A DNA stretch of 64,000 bases from Alphaproteobacteria bacterium (GTDB taxonomy: Bacteria; Pseudomonadota; Alphaproteobacteria; Rhizobiales; Aestuariivirgaceae). Where the stretch lies: the NCBI GenBank assembly GCA_024642465.1, contig JAHEBA010000006.1, forward strand, positions 117 to 64,116, in the 5' to 3' direction. The number at the start of each line of letters is the position of its first letter. The stretch's first letter is position 1. Shown piece after piece: positions 28,760 through 39,410 of this stretch. Below the pieces are notes generated by a model. The model made no database searches. It saw only the letters and a program-made list of their open reading frames with translations, and had not been told where the DNA came from. The position numbers and the translations under genes were made by a program.

Positions 28760-30115
28760 TCAGGCGGGGCTGCCGAGTTCTGCCAGGCAGCTGTCGAGCC
28801 CTTCGAGCAGTGCGTTGACGTCTGCCTCGGTGGTGACCGGGCAGATCAGCATCATGTTGTGGAAGGGCGTGATCAGGACGCCCCGGTTAAGCAGGTAATG
28901 GTGCACGGCCACGTCCACGGGCTTGTGGATCATGTCATAGGCCTCGCCGCCGTTGCGGGGGCGATCGGGCGTGCACATGAACTCAACCCGCGCGCCGACG
29001 CGCACGACATGCCAGGGGGCTGCGTGTTTCTCGATGAGCCTCGCAATGCCGCCTTCGAGCCGCCTGGCAAGCTCGATGAGAGGCGCGAAAGAGCTCTCCG
29101 TGAAATAGTTCTCCAGCATGGCCCGCATGGCGGCCATCTGCAGGGCGGAACCGGACAATGTGGTGCCGATGCCGCTGAAGCCCAGCTGTTCGCGACGCCC
29201 GAGATAATCCCGGATGCGCTGGCCGAATTCTTCCGACACGCCATAGACACTGGTTGGCACGCCGCCGGCGACCGGCTTGCCGAGCACGATGGCGTCGGGC
29301 TCCAGGCCCTCGGCTTTGGTGTAGCCGCCGGGTCCGGAAGACAGGCAGTGGGTCTCGTCGATCACCAGCAGGGTGCCGGTGCGCCGGGTCAGATCGCGCA
29401 GCGCGTCATGGTAGCCCGGGTCGGGCAGCACCATGCCGACATTGGTCATCACCGGTTCGGCCAGCACGCAGGCAACAGTCTCGTCGGCAAGCGCCTGCTC
29501 GAGTGCTGCAAGGTCGTTGAACTCAATCATGCGGGTGTGCAGCGGCAGGTCGCGGACCTCGCCGACCAGCGACGGGCTGGTGATGACCTTACCGTCCTTG
29601 AGCGTCACGAAGGTGTCTTCAACCGCGCCATGATAGCAACGGTTGAACACCAGCACCCTTGAACGCCCGGTCACCGCCCGGCACCAGCGCAGGATGGCCC
29701 GGTTGGCATCGGATGCAGTAGCCGTGACCTGCCAATAGGGCAGGCCGAAGCGGTCGGCCAGCAACTCACCCACAACGGCGGCATCGGAAGAGGGCAGCAT
29801 TGTCGTGGTGCCGCGCGCAACCTGGGCGGCAATGGCCTTTACCACCGGCTCAGGCGTGTGGCCGAACATGGCGCCGGTATCGCCGAGGCAGAAATCGGCA
29901 TAGCTGTTGCCATCGATGTCGGTGAGCGTTGCGCCTTGTGCCTTGTCCATGATCAGCGGGAAGGGCGTGCCCCAGTCGCTCATCCAGAGCATCGGCACGC
30001 CGTTCAGCCAGTGGCGGCTGCCGGAGTCGGCGCGGGCGGCGGAGTTCGGATTGCGCTGGCGGAAGAGGGCCTCCTCGCGGGCCAGCATGGCGCTGACGGC
30101 GGTATCGGTAATCAA
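28760..30115 (-). CDS. Class III PLP aminotransferase (GSA-aminomutase-like)
   Basis: DIDGNSYADFCLGDT, CYHG, DETH, GKPVAGG, GTTLSG. Confidence 0.85.
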   Translation of the reverse strand: MITDTAVSAMLAREEALFRQRNPNSAARADSGSRHWLNGVPMLWMSDWGTPFPLIMDKAQGATLTDIDGNSYADFCLGDTGAMFGHTPEPVVKAIAAQVARGTTTMLPSSDAAVVGELLADRFGLPYWQVTATASDANRAILRWCRAVTGRSRVLVFNRCYHGAVEDTFVTLKDGKVITSPSLVGEVRDLPLHTRMIEFNDLAALEQALADETVACVLAEPVMTNVGMVLPDPGYHDALRDLTRRTGTLLVIDETHCLSSGPGGYTKAEGLEPDAIVLGKPVAGGVPTSVYGVSEEFGQRIRDYLGRREQLGFSGIGTTLSGSALQMAAMRAMLENYFTESSFAPLIELARRLEGGIARLIEKHAAPWHVVRVGARVEFMCTPDRPRNGGEAYDMIHKPVDVAVHHYLLNRGVLITPFHNMMLICPVTTEADVNALLEGLDSCLAELGSPA

Positions 30116-30297
30116 TTCGGTGCTCCCGGGGACAGTTGAAGGCTTGCAGATAGCATGGCGGGCGGGGGGCTCGACAAGCGCAATCGTGCAGGCCGCCGGC
30201 TGGTGATAACGCTTGCCGGTTTCTGGTCACTTGTGGCACATCGGCCCGCAATGCCAGAAGCATCAGCATTCGCAATTCTCAAATGGGGCGCCAGACA

Positions 30298-31158
30298 ATG
30301 AGCCGTACTGTTTTTGTCAATGGTGAGTACCTGCCAGAAGGCGGGGCCAAGGTGTCGATCTTCGACCGTGGCTTCGTGTTCGGCGACGGCATCTATGAGG
30401 TGGTGCCGGTGATTGGCGGCAAGATGGTGGACAAGGCGCCGTTCCTCGAGCGGCTGAAGCGGTCACTCGGCGAACTTCGCATCGCCATGCCGATGAGTGA
30501 GGACGAGTTCGTTGCCATGCACGAGAAGCTGATCGAGCTGAACGGTATCGAGGAAGGCGGGGTTTACTCGCAGATCACCCGTGGCGTGGCCGACCGGGAC
30601 TTCGCGTTTCCCGCAATCGGCACCAAGCCATCGGTGGCGGCCTTCACCATGAAGAAACAGCTGATCGACAACGCCAATGCACGCACCGGCGTGAAGGTGG
30701 TGACGGTTGAGGACATCCGCTGGAAGCGCCGCGACATCAAGTCGATCGCGCTGCTGGGCCAGGTGATGGCCAAGCAGGCAGCGGTCGAGAAGGGCGCCTT
30801 CGAGGGCTGGATGGTCGAGGACGGCTACGTCACCGAGGGCACCTCATCGACGGCCTATATCGTCAAGGACGGCGTCATCATTACCCGACCCCTGTCCAAC
30901 GAGATCCTGCCCGGCATCCGCCGCAAGGTCATCAAGCAGTTGTGTGCCGACAAGGGCGTGAAGCTGGAAGAGCGGCTGTTCACGGTGGAAGAGGCGCTGA
31001 ACGCCGATGAAGCATTCCTGTCCTCGGCCACCACGCTGGTGATGCCCATCGTCGAGATCGACGGGCATCAGATCGGCGGCGGCCAGCCCGGCCCGGTGGC
31101 GCGGCAGATGCGCGAATACTACGTGGTCGCCATCAAGGAAGAAGCGGACCTCGGCTGA
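30298..31158 (+). CDS. dat: D-amino acid aminotransferase (class IV PLP)
   Basis: DRGFVFGDGIYEV, RW..RDIKS, TEG, ILPGI, EAFLSS. Confidence 0.85.
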   Translation: MSRTVFVNGEYLPEGGAKVSIFDRGFVFGDGIYEVVPVIGGKMVDKAPFLERLKRSLGELRIAMPMSEDEFVAMHEKLIELNGIEEGGVYSQITRGVADRDFAFPAIGTKPSVAAFTMKKQLIDNANARTGVKVVTVEDIRWKRRDIKSIALLGQVMAKQAAVEKGAFEGWMVEDGYVTEGTSSTAYIVKDGVIITRPLSNEILPGIRRKVIKQLCADKGVKLEERLFTVEEALNADEAFLSSATTLVMPIVEIDGHQIGGGQPGPVARQMREYYVVAIKEEADLG

Positions 31159-31198
31159 GACCCGTTCTTGCCGGTTACATGCGGCGCGAGCCTGATGG

Positions 31199-32560
31199 TC
31201 AGTCCATCAGGCTCGGCAGCCAGGTGATGATGCCGGGGAACATCAGCAGCCCGATAACCGTAATCACGTCAGCCACGAAGAACGGGCCGATGCCGCGGAA
31301 CACGTCCTGCAGCGGAATGGCGAGCGACTTGCCCTCGTCATCGGTCAGGTCGCGGCTGACGCCGGCCACCACGAAGCAGTTCAGGCCGATGGGCGGGGTG
31401 ATCAGGCAGATCTCGGCCATCTTCACCACGATGATGCCGAACCAGATCGGGTCGTAGCCCAGCGCGATCACCGCCGGGTACACCACCGGCAAGGTGAGAA
31501 TGAGCATGCCGATGGCGTCCATGAACATGCCGAGAATGGCGTAGGCCAGCAGGATGCAGATCATGATGACGATGGGTGGAACGTCGAGGTGCACCACCCA
31601 GTCGGCAAACGCTTCCGGCAGGCCGGCAAAGCCCAGGAAACGCACGAACAGGAACACGCCCCAGATCAGCGTGAAGATCATCGCCGTCAGCTTGGCGGTC
31701 TCGATCAGCGCTTCCTTGAGGCGGCCCGACATCTTGTTGAGCTCGTTCTCGCGCCATGCCCGCCAGCAATAGTAGAGGAACACCACGAAGGCGCCGAGGG
31801 CGCCGGCCTCGGTGGGCGTGGCTGAGCCGGTGTACATGGCCGAGAAGATGATGCCGACGACGATGAAGATCGGGAAAGTTCCCGGCACGCTCTCGAAGCG
31901 CTCCTTCCAGGTGAAGCCGGTGATCGGCTTGCCAAGTTCCGGCTTCCACATGCACATGCCGATGATCAGCAGCAGGTAGATGAAGGCCGAGTAGATGCCT
32001 GGCAGGAAGCCTGCCAGCAGCAGCTTGCCGACCGACTGTTCCACGATGATGGCGTAGATGACGAGGATGGCGGATGGCGGAATCAGCGACGCCAGCGTAC
32101 CGCCTGCGGCCACGACACCGGCAGCCAGCTTCTTGTCATAGCCGTTCTTGAGCATGTCCGGGATGGCGACACGGCTGAATACCGCTGCTGTGGCTGTCGA
32201 TGCACCTGACACAGCGGCAAAGCCGGCGGTCGCCAGCACCGTTGCCACGGCGAGCCCGCCGGGCACCCAGCCCATCCACCTGCGGGCTGCCTCGAACAGG
32301 CGCTTGGTGAGCCCGGCATAGAAGGCGAGGAAACCGATCAGGATGAACAGCGGCAGCACCGATAGCGGATAGGTGACGGTCTTGGAGTGCGGAATGGTGC
32401 CTGCGATAGAGGCCGCCACATGCCAGCCCTTCAGTTCGAGAAGACCGAGAAAGCCGGTGATCGAGGCAGCCACGAAAACGCGCACGCCAAGAAGCACCAT
32501 GACAATGAGCAGCACGACGCCGGCGATGCCAGTGGTGAAGGGGTCTAGTCCGAGGTACAT
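31199..32560 (-). CDS. TRAP large permease (second system)
   Basis: SGASTA, LIPPS, TPTEAG, ITPPIGLN. Confidence 0.9.
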   Translation of the reverse strand: MYLGLDPFTTGIAGVVLLIVMVLLGVRVFVAASITGFLGLLELKGWHVAASIAGTIPHSKTVTYPLSVLPLFILIGFLAFYAGLTKRLFEAARRWMGWVPGGLAVATVLATAGFAAVSGASTATAAVFSRVAIPDMLKNGYDKKLAAGVVAAGGTLASLIPPSAILVIYAIIVEQSVGKLLLAGFLPGIYSAFIYLLLIIGMCMWKPELGKPITGFTWKERFESVPGTFPIFIVVGIIFSAMYTGSATPTEAGALGAFVVFLYYCWRAWRENELNKMSGRLKEALIETAKLTAMIFTLIWGVFLFVRFLGFAGLPEAFADWVVHLDVPPIVIMICILLAYAILGMFMDAIGMLILTLPVVYPAVIALGYDPIWFGIIVVKMAEICLITPPIGLNCFVVAGVSRDLTDDEGKSLAIPLQDVFRGIGPFFVADVITVIGLLMFPGIITWLPSLMD

Positions 32561-32563
32561 GGG

Positions 32564-33166
32564 CTAGCGCGCTCCCTCGATCTCTTCCTCGGCCTGTTGC
32601 TCGACCGACTTCATGACAGGTACAGCGACAGGAGGCAGATCCGGGTTGGCGGCCAGCCGCAAGTAGCCGAGCATCTGGATGATCAGCCGCACCAGCAGGA
32701 CCGACAGCATGACCGGCACGACCAGCTTGGCGGGCCAGGTCGGCAGCTCGATGTCGATAGTGGAATCGCCGAAGCTCCAGGCACGGTCGAAATAGGTCCA
32801 GGAATAGGGGATCAGGATGGCGGTGATGATGAAGGCGACGGCGGCGCTGATAAACTCGGCAATCCACAGGGCGCGGCCCTTGAGGAAACCGACCAGCAGT
32901 TCCATACGCACGTGCCCGCCCTCGCGCATGATGTAGGAGATCGAGAAGAGGGCGAAGGCGATCATGCCGACTTCAACGATGTCGATGTAGCCATAGATCG
33001 GGTTGCGAAACAGCGTGCGCAGCACGATCTGCAGCATGCCCATCAGCATCAGGGCGAAGATCAGCAGCCCCGACAGGAAGTTGAGGACGTTTTCCAATGG
33101 CGACCATATTTGGTCAGCCCGCGAAAGCAGACGGCCAAGACCGTCGTCGGATGCAGTATCAGCCAC
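32564..33166 (-). CDS. TRAP small permease (second system)
   Basis: Four TMs, GGHVRMEL, PTWPAK; GTG start. Confidence 0.85.
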   Translation of the reverse strand: MADTASDDGLGRLLSRADQIWSPLENVLNFLSGLLIFALMLMGMLQIVLRTLFRNPIYGYIDIVEVGMIAFALFSISYIMREGGHVRMELLVGFLKGRALWIAEFISAAVAFIITAILIPYSWTYFDRAWSFGDSTIDIELPTWPAKLVVPVMLSVLLVRLIIQMLGYLRLAANPDLPPVAVPVMKSVEQQAEEEIEGAR

Positions 33167-33205
33167 CCTGTCATACCCCGCTTGTCCGCATCATGATGGG
33201 AAGGC

Positions 33206-33240
33206 CCGGGCCGCCCCCGCGCAGAGGCAAGGCGGCCCGG
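33206..33240 (-). terminator. Hairpin after the TRAP binding-protein gene
   Basis: CCGGGCCGCC...GGCGGCCCGG stem. Confidence 0.45.
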
Positions 33241-33263
33241 AACCCTTGAGGCGTTGATCCGGC

Positions 33264-34304
33264 TTACTCGTACTTCTTGCCGGCGGTGGTGTAGATCAGT
33301 TCGACGAGGCCGCGGGCATCGAACTTGCCCTCGTTCTCCTTGATCCACTCGTCGATTACCGGCTTGCCGGCCATCTTGCGGAACTCGTCAAGCTGCTCAT
33401 CGGTGTAGACGACTTCCTTCAGCTTCTGCTTCAGCATCGGGATGTTCTTCTTGTCGATGTCGATATAGGCCTGGATCTGGGCCTGCGCAGCTTCGTCACG
33501 CACGTCCATCAGCAGCTTCTTGTACTGGTCCGGCAGGGCGTCATAGGCCGACTGCGAGAACAGCAGGGGACAGTCGGAGGTGCCCGGCGACAGGTTTGCG
33601 GTGAACCAGTCGGATACTTCGTGGATCTTGTAGGCCACGTGGCTGTAGGTGAACGGGAAGGAAGCCGCGTCCATGGTGCCCTGCTGCATGCCGGTATATA
33701 CCTCGGTCGCCGTCGAGCTTGTCGGCGTGGCGCCCAGAACGGCCATGGCCTTGCCGAGACCGCCGCCTGCACGCACGGCCTTGCCTTGCCAGTCCGCCAG
33801 CTTCATCGGCGGCTCACCCTTGCCGAGGAATTCGTACTGCGGCAGGTAGGACGACATGTAGAGCATGGCGTTCCACTGGGCGTGTTCCTTTACGACGTCC
33901 GGGTGCTGGTACAGCGCATCACGGGTCTTTCGGTTGGCATCCCAGTCGCCCATCGGCAGGAACGGCATGGTGGTCACCATCAGCGCCGGGTTCTTCTGCG
34001 GATGGTAGAAGTTGCAGGTCATGGCCGCCTCGAAGGCGCCGACGGACAGGCCGTCGAGGTTCTCGCGCGACTTCGACAGCGCTTCGCCGTAGTGCAGGGT
34101 CATGGTGAACTTGCCGTCGGTCTTGGCGCTGACCAGTTCGGCCAGCTTCTCGAAGCCGGCGGTGAAGGCGCGCTTGTTGCCCCACAGCGAGACGTTCCAC
34201 TTCACTTCCGGGCCTTCCACTTCGGCGGCCTGGGCAATGGCGAAGGTGGACGTGGTGGCGAGGGCCACGAGCGCAGTCGTTGCAAACAGTTTCTTGAGCG
34301 TCAT
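33264..34304 (-). CDS. TRAP solute-binding protein (second system, substrate unknown)
   Basis: Signal peptide, GKAVRAGG, EVYTGMQQGTMD. Confidence 0.88.
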   Translation of the reverse strand: MTLKKLFATTALVALATTSTFAIAQAAEVEGPEVKWNVSLWGNKRAFTAGFEKLAELVSAKTDGKFTMTLHYGEALSKSRENLDGLSVGAFEAAMTCNFYHPQKNPALMVTTMPFLPMGDWDANRKTRDALYQHPDVVKEHAQWNAMLYMSSYLPQYEFLGKGEPPMKLADWQGKAVRAGGGLGKAMAVLGATPTSSTATEVYTGMQQGTMDAASFPFTYSHVAYKIHEVSDWFTANLSPGTSDCPLLFSQSAYDALPDQYKKLLMDVRDEAAQAQIQAYIDIDKKNIPMLKQKLKEVVYTDEQLDEFRKMAGKPVIDEWIKENEGKFDARGLVELIYTTAGKKYE

Positions 34305-34433
34305 TGTCGGTGGTTAACTCCCTTTTGTGGCGCGGTCCGGTTGGTCCGGAACCTGGCTCTGCGTGCCATGTCGATCTGGCACCATGGCGCGCATGATGCT
34401 GTCTAAGCGGGGTGAACGCAACCGCTTAGAGTT

Positions 34434-35909
34434 TCACTGTGCGGATAAGCTTGACGCCGTAAAAAGAACCACCGCCGCCCATGCCCAGGCGGACAGCGTG
34501 AACCCGGTGTTCCACTTCCACGACAGGGTTGTGCCGGGGATGCCGGTAATGCGCGACAGGATGAGCGCTGTCGCACCAAACGGCGAGGCAGTTAGGTTCA
34601 GCGCCCAGCCAAGCGCCATGCTGGCGGCCAGCAATGTCGGCTCGAGGTGGCTGTCGGGCAGGGCCGAGTAGAGTGAGCCGAGGAAGGTCACGGTGAGCAT
34701 GGGAGGGATGGCAAGGTTCGACAGCAGCGGCACCAGCGTCATTACCCCGACATAGGCGGCAATCGCTGGCAGGCCGGTGATGCCTGACCATTCGGCCAGC
34801 GCAGGTGCGTCGGCAAGCCCTGCCGCAACGATGCCGATATAGCCTGCCGAGGACAGCGTTACCGCCTCCGGTGATCCGGCCGGCACCGAGAAAGCCGCAA
34901 TCTCGCGCAATCGACCCGCTACCGTCTGACCTGCCGTTTGGCCTTTTCGAAACTGCAGCCAAACCCATGCGCTGGTCACGATCGGGCTGGCCAGCATCAA
35001 TGCTGGTATGACGCGGGCGCCAGTGAACACGATCAATATCACGCTGATCACCGCCAACGTGCCGCATACGAGCGCAAAGCGCCCAAACGCGTCCCATGGA
35101 AACGGGCGGGCGCTCAGGTCGGACCTCGGCAATGCATCGCGGGCGGCAAGGCTGGCGCGGGCCTGCTTGCCGGTTACGCGATCGGCCGCCCAGCCAATGG
35201 CGAACACACCGGCGGCGGTCACGAGACCGATTGCGCCGACCAGCAGCGGTCTGGACCCGGCCACGACACTTGCAACCAGGGCCTGGGTGACGGCGGTGGG
35301 TGACCAGGCAATGATCCATGAAAACCCCCGGGCCAGCGCCGACATCTGCCGGCGAAGCCGCCATTCGGCGAGTTCGGGATTACTGCTCGCACCAGCCTCG
35401 ACGCCGCGCTGGATGAGGGGGCCGAGGAGGCTCAGGGCGCCAAAGTTCAGCACCATGCCAAGCGCATGACCGCCGGCATGGATGGCGATATAGCGCTGGC
35501 CGGGCGGGCGGCGGGTAAGATATTCGCCGAGCGCCAGCACGGAAGGCGAGGTAATGGCGCCGTCGCGCAGCAGCGACAGCAGCAGCATGAAGGCTGCCAG
35601 ATACGTGGCCTGGCCGAGGCCGCGGCGGACCAGTTCGCCCGGATCGGGCGACCAGGCGAAGGCGGCGATGGTGGCGGCAAGCGCCAACGCCAGCAGATAG
35701 CGTTCGCGCAGGCCCAGCCTTGCCTGGCCGAGTACCAGGAAAGCGATGAGCAGGCCGGCTGCTGCGAGCCCTGTCCAGTCAAGGTGCAGGTGGAGCTCGG
35801 CCAGTTCGAAAACGGCAATGCCGATGAGGCAGGCGGCAACGGCGAGGTCGACAGGCCGTCGCGGCCGCTTCATGGCTGTATCCCGTCCGGTGTTTGCCTC
35901 GCTCGTCAT
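34434..35909 (-). CDS. Polytopic membrane protein of unknown function (possible secondary transporter)
   Basis: About 12 hydrophobic segments; ARGF..WSP and ASPF motifs; directly downstream of betA. Confidence 0.65.
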   Translation of the reverse strand: MTSEANTGRDTAMKRPRRPVDLAVAACLIGIAVFELAELHLHLDWTGLAAAGLLIAFLVLGQARLGLRERYLLALALAATIAAFAWSPDPGELVRRGLGQATYLAAFMLLLSLLRDGAITSPSVLALGEYLTRRPPGQRYIAIHAGGHALGMVLNFGALSLLGPLIQRGVEAGASSNPELAEWRLRRQMSALARGFSWIIAWSPTAVTQALVASVVAGSRPLLVGAIGLVTAAGVFAIGWAADRVTGKQARASLAARDALPRSDLSARPFPWDAFGRFALVCGTLAVISVILIVFTGARVIPALMLASPIVTSAWVWLQFRKGQTAGQTVAGRLREIAAFSVPAGSPEAVTLSSAGYIGIVAAGLADAPALAEWSGITGLPAIAAYVGVMTLVPLLSNLAIPPMLTVTFLGSLYSALPDSHLEPTLLAASMALGWALNLTASPFGATALILSRITGIPGTTLSWKWNTGFTLSAWAWAAVVLFTASSLSAQ

Positions 35910-35938
35910 GGCCGGTCTTATAAACCAGCCCTGCTCGA

Positions 35939-37618
35939 TCAGCGTTGCGAAATCCGCCAGTCAGGATTGATCCAGGGTTGCAGGTTCGAGGCCGGCAGCG
36001 GGTCCCGGCCGAGGATGATGTCGGAGGCCTTTTCCCCCACCATCAGCGCCGGGCCGTTGAGGTTGCCGTTGGTGATCGATGGGAATACCGAGGTATCAAC
36101 AACGCGGAGGCCTTCAAGCCCAATCACCCTCAGTTGCGGGTCAACTACAGCCTGCGGGTCGGTGGCGGCGCCCATCCGGCAGGTGCCGCAGGGGTGGTAG
36201 GCGCTTTCGGCATGCTCACGGATGAATTCGTCAATGGCTTCATCACTGATGGCATCATTTCCGGGCTGGATCTCGTCGCCGGCGAAGGGTTGCAGGGCAG
36301 GTTGGGCGATGATCTCGCGGGTTAGGCGGATGCAGGCGCGAAACTCCTTCCAGTCGTCCTCGTGCGACATGTAATTAAAATTCAGTTTCGGGGCGGCCTT
36401 GGGGTCGGCGCTGACCGGGGTGACGGCGCCGCGCGACTTCGACCTCATCGGGCCCACGTGAACCTGGAAGCCGTGCTCCGTGGTGGCCGGCTTGCCGTTG
36501 TAGGCGATGGCGCCGGGCAGGAAGTGATACTGGATGTCGGGGTATTCGATGCCGGCGCGCGAGCGGATGAAACCGGCGCTCTCGAAATGGTTGGTGGCGC
36601 CGAGGCCTGACTTGAACAGCAGCCATTGCAGGCCGATCAGCCCCTTGGAGAACAAGCCCAACTTGTTGTTGAGCGTGACCGGCTGCTTGCACAACAGCTG
36701 GAAGTAGACCTCGAGGTGATCCATGAGGTTCTTGCCGACGCCGGGCAGGTGGTGCACCGGCGTGATGCCCGCAGCCTTGAGGTCGGCCGCGTCGCCGATG
36801 CCCGACAGCTGCAAAAGGTGCGGAGAGTTGAAGGCGCTGGCAGCCAGGATGACCTCGCGGCTGGCCTTGACCTGGTGCAGTTCTCCGCCACGTTCGTACT
36901 CGACGCCGGTCACCCGGCGGCCATCCATCAGAAGCCGCTGTGCGCGTGCACGGGTAATGAGGCGCAGGTTTGGTCGCTTCAGTGCGGGCTTCAGGTAGGC
37001 GTTGGCGGCGGACCAGCGCTGGCCCTGCCACACCGTCATCTCCATGGCGCCGAAGCCTTCCTGCTGCCGGCCATTGTAGTCGTCGGTGCGGGGATATCCG
37101 GCCTGCTCGGCGGCTTCGACGAAGGCTTCATAGAGCGGGTTGGCGCGGCGGCCGCGGGTGACGTGCATCGGCCCGTCGGTGCCGCGCCAGCCGGCTTGGC
37201 CGCCATGGGAGGTTTCCATCCGCTTGAAGTAGGGCAGCACGTCTGCAAAGGACCAGCCGGATGCGCCCATTTCCGCCCAGGTGTCGAAGTCGCGGGCGTG
37301 ACCGCGCACATAGACCATGCCGTTGATCGACGACGAGCCGCCGATCACCTTGCCGCGCGGGGCGGTGATGCGTCGATTGTTGAGGTTGGGCTCGGGCTCG
37401 GACAGGTAGCCCCAGCTGTACATTTTCGTGTTGAGCGGAATCGACAATGCCGACGGCATCTGAATCAGGGGACCGGCATCGCTGCCGCCATATTCCAGCA
37501 CCAGAACCGAATTCTTCCCGTCTTCCGACAGCCGGCTGGCCAGCACTGAGCCTGCAGAGCCTGAGCCGATCACCACGAAGTCATAGGTTTCACCGGGCAT
37601 TAGATGGTTGGGTCGCAT
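35939..37618 (-). CDS. betA: Choline dehydrogenase (GMC oxidoreductase)
   Basis: [49 protein letters not shown]. Confidence 0.93.
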   Translation of the reverse strand: MRPNHLMPGETYDFVVIGSGSAGSVLASRLSEDGKNSVLVLEYGGSDAGPLIQMPSALSIPLNTKMYSWGYLSEPEPNLNNRRITAPRGKVIGGSSSINGMVYVRGHARDFDTWAEMGASGWSFADVLPYFKRMETSHGGQAGWRGTDGPMHVTRGRRANPLYEAFVEAAEQAGYPRTDDYNGRQQEGFGAMEMTVWQGQRWSAANAYLKPALKRPNLRLITRARAQRLLMDGRRVTGVEYERGGELHQVKASREVILAASAFNSPHLLQLSGIGDAADLKAAGITPVHHLPGVGKNLMDHLEVYFQLLCKQPVTLNNKLGLFSKGLIGLQWLLFKSGLGATNHFESAGFIRSRAGIEYPDIQYHFLPGAIAYNGKPATTEHGFQVHVGPMRSKSRGAVTPVSADPKAAPKLNFNYMSHEDDWKEFRACIRLTREIIAQPALQPFAGDEIQPGNDAISDEAIDEFIREHAESAYHPCGTCRMGAATDPQAVVDPQLRVIGLEGLRVVDTSVFPSITNGNLNGPALMVGEKASDIILGRDPLPASNLQPWINPDWRISQR

Positions 37619-37622
37619 GGGT

Positions 37623-38204
37623 TCAGACCTCCACTGGCCGGCTGTCGATGTAGCTTTCGACGAGGGCGATCGCGGCCGTACGGTTGCCGGTGTCGTCGGT
37701 GAGCGCGGCGCGCAGCCAGACCCCGTCGATGAGCGCAGCCACGCCAATGGCCAGCTTTTCTGCTTCTGCGGGACCGTGCAGCAGGTTCAGCGCCTGCTTC
37801 AGGTTGGAATGCAGGCGGGCATGGTAGATGCGCAGCAGCCGGTTGAGTTCGGCCGAATGGCGGGCCGCACCGTACAGAGCCAGCCACGCCGTCATCACCT
37901 GCCCGGAATACTGGATCGGGGCAAAGTTGGCGTGGACGATGGCGCTGAGGCGGGCGCGCGGCGTTTCTGCGGCCGACAGGCCGGCCACGGTTTCCGCCCG
38001 GAGATCGCTGAGCAGGTGGCGCATGGTGGCGAACAGCAGGTCGTCCTTGCCTTTGAAGTAGTGATGCACGATGCCGGGCGATACGCCGGCGCGCATGGCA
38101 ATGCGCGCCACCGTGGTGTCGGCAAGCCCGTGATCGTGCAGCGAGGCGATGGCCGCCTCGATCAGCTGGTTCCGCCGTACCGGCCCCATGCCCAGCTTTG
38201 GCAT
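37623..38204 (-). CDS. betI: Choline-responsive TetR-family repressor
   Basis: MPKLGM...[26 protein letters not shown]. Confidence 0.93.
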   Translation of the reverse strand: MPKLGMGPVRRNQLIEAAIASLHDHGLADTTVARIAMRAGVSPGIVHHYFKGKDDLLFATMRHLLSDLRAETVAGLSAAETPRARLSAIVHANFAPIQYSGQVMTAWLALYGAARHSAELNRLLRIYHARLHSNLKQALNLLHGPAEAEKLAIGVAALIDGVWLRAALTDDTGNRTAAIALVESYIDSRPVEV

Positions 38205-38247
38205 CTGAAGTCTCCCGTTTCACTCTCTGACTGAAAGGATATTTTTT

Positions 38248-38267
38248 TTGATTGGTCAGTCAATTAA
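38248..38267. promoter_or_regulatory. BetI operator
   Basis: TTGATTGGTCAGTCAATTAA palindrome between divergent betI and choX. Confidence 0.75.
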
Positions 38268-38389
38268 AAACGGCTAACTTGTGTTCCGGTTGACTTGGCG
38301 CGGCAAACCGCCGCACATTGCCGGTCAAGCCGCAAGTTTCGGGCAGGCTCAATGGAAAGGCCTGTCTCAGCCAAAAAGGGAGTAGAGAC

Positions 38390-39337
38390 ATGAAGAAGAC
38401 GATTGTCAGTGCCTTCACCGGCGCTGCGCTGGCTGCGATGCTGTCGGTGCCGGCGATGGCCGCCGACGCCGAGTCCTGCAAGACCGTCCGCTTTTCCGAT
38501 GTGGGCTGGACCGACATCACCGCCACTACGGCCGTGACCACGTTTCTGCTGAAGTCGCTGGGCTACGAGACCGACATCAAGGTTCTGTCCGTGCCGGTCA
38601 CCTACCAGTCGCTGGCCAACAAGGACATCGACGTGTTTCTCGGCAATTGGATGCCGACCATGGAAGCCGACATCCGGCCCTATCTGGACGCCAAGACGGT
38701 CGAGTCTACCGGCATGAACCTGGAAGGCGCCAAGTATACGCTTGCCACCAACGCCAAGGGCGCCGAACTCGGCATCGGCAACTTTGCCGATATCGCCAAG
38801 CAGAAGGATGCGCTGGGCGGCAAGATCTACGGCATCGAGCCGGGCAATGACGGCAACCGGTTGATCCTCGACATGATCGACAAGGACGCCTTCGGCCTGA
38901 AGGGCTTCGAGGTAGTCGAATCGTCGGAGGCCGGCATGCTTGCGCAGGTGGCCCGCGCCGAGAAGGCCGGCGAGCCGATCGTGTTCCTCGGCTGGGAACC
39001 GCACCCGATGAACGCCAACTTCAAGCTGACCTACCTTGAAGGCGGCGATGACTTCTTTGGCCCCAATCTCGGTGGAGCAACGGTGCACACCAATACCCGG
39101 GCCGGCTATACGTCCGACTGCCCGAACGCCGGCAAGCTGGTCACCAACATGAAGTTCACGCTCGCCATGGAGAACGAGATCATGGGCGCCATCCTCGATG
39201 GCGGCAAGGAGCCGGAAGCAGCTGCGGTTGAGTGGCTCAAGGCCAACCCCGATGCGATCGGCCCGTGGCTTGACGGCGTGACAACCATGGACGGCGGCGA
39301 CGCGATGGCCGCAGTGAAGTCTGCGCTGGGCATGTAA
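38390..39337 (+). CDS. choX: Choline ABC transporter substrate-binding protein
   Basis: VRFSDVGWTDI, FLGNWMP, GIEPGNDGN, WEPHPMN. Confidence 0.93.
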   Translation: MKKTIVSAFTGAALAAMLSVPAMAADAESCKTVRFSDVGWTDITATTAVTTFLLKSLGYETDIKVLSVPVTYQSLANKDIDVFLGNWMPTMEADIRPYLDAKTVESTGMNLEGAKYTLATNAKGAELGIGNFADIAKQKDALGGKIYGIEPGNDGNRLILDMIDKDAFGLKGFEVVESSEAGMLAQVARAEKAGEPIVFLGWEPHPMNANFKLTYLEGGDDFFGPNLGGATVHTNTRAGYTSDCPNAGKLVTNMKFTLAMENEIMGAILDGGKEPEAAAVEWLKANPDAIGPWLDGVTTMDGGDAMAAVKSALGM

Positions 39338-39355
39338 GCGTAAACTGGGAAATAA

Positions 39356-39388
39356 CCGGGGGAGCTGCGGCATCCGTGGCTCTCCCGG
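39356..39388 (+). terminator. Hairpin between choX and choW
   Basis: CCGGGGGAGC...GCTCTCCCGG stem. Confidence 0.4.
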
Positions 39389-39410
39389 ATAGCGGGGCGG
39401 ACCTTCGGAC

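Noticed and set aside
34363..34382. GTGCCA-N8-TGGCAC palindrome upstream of the second TRAP operon as a sigma54 promoter
   Set aside because: No correctly spaced -12 TTGC on either strand; may be an operator but evidence is too thin.
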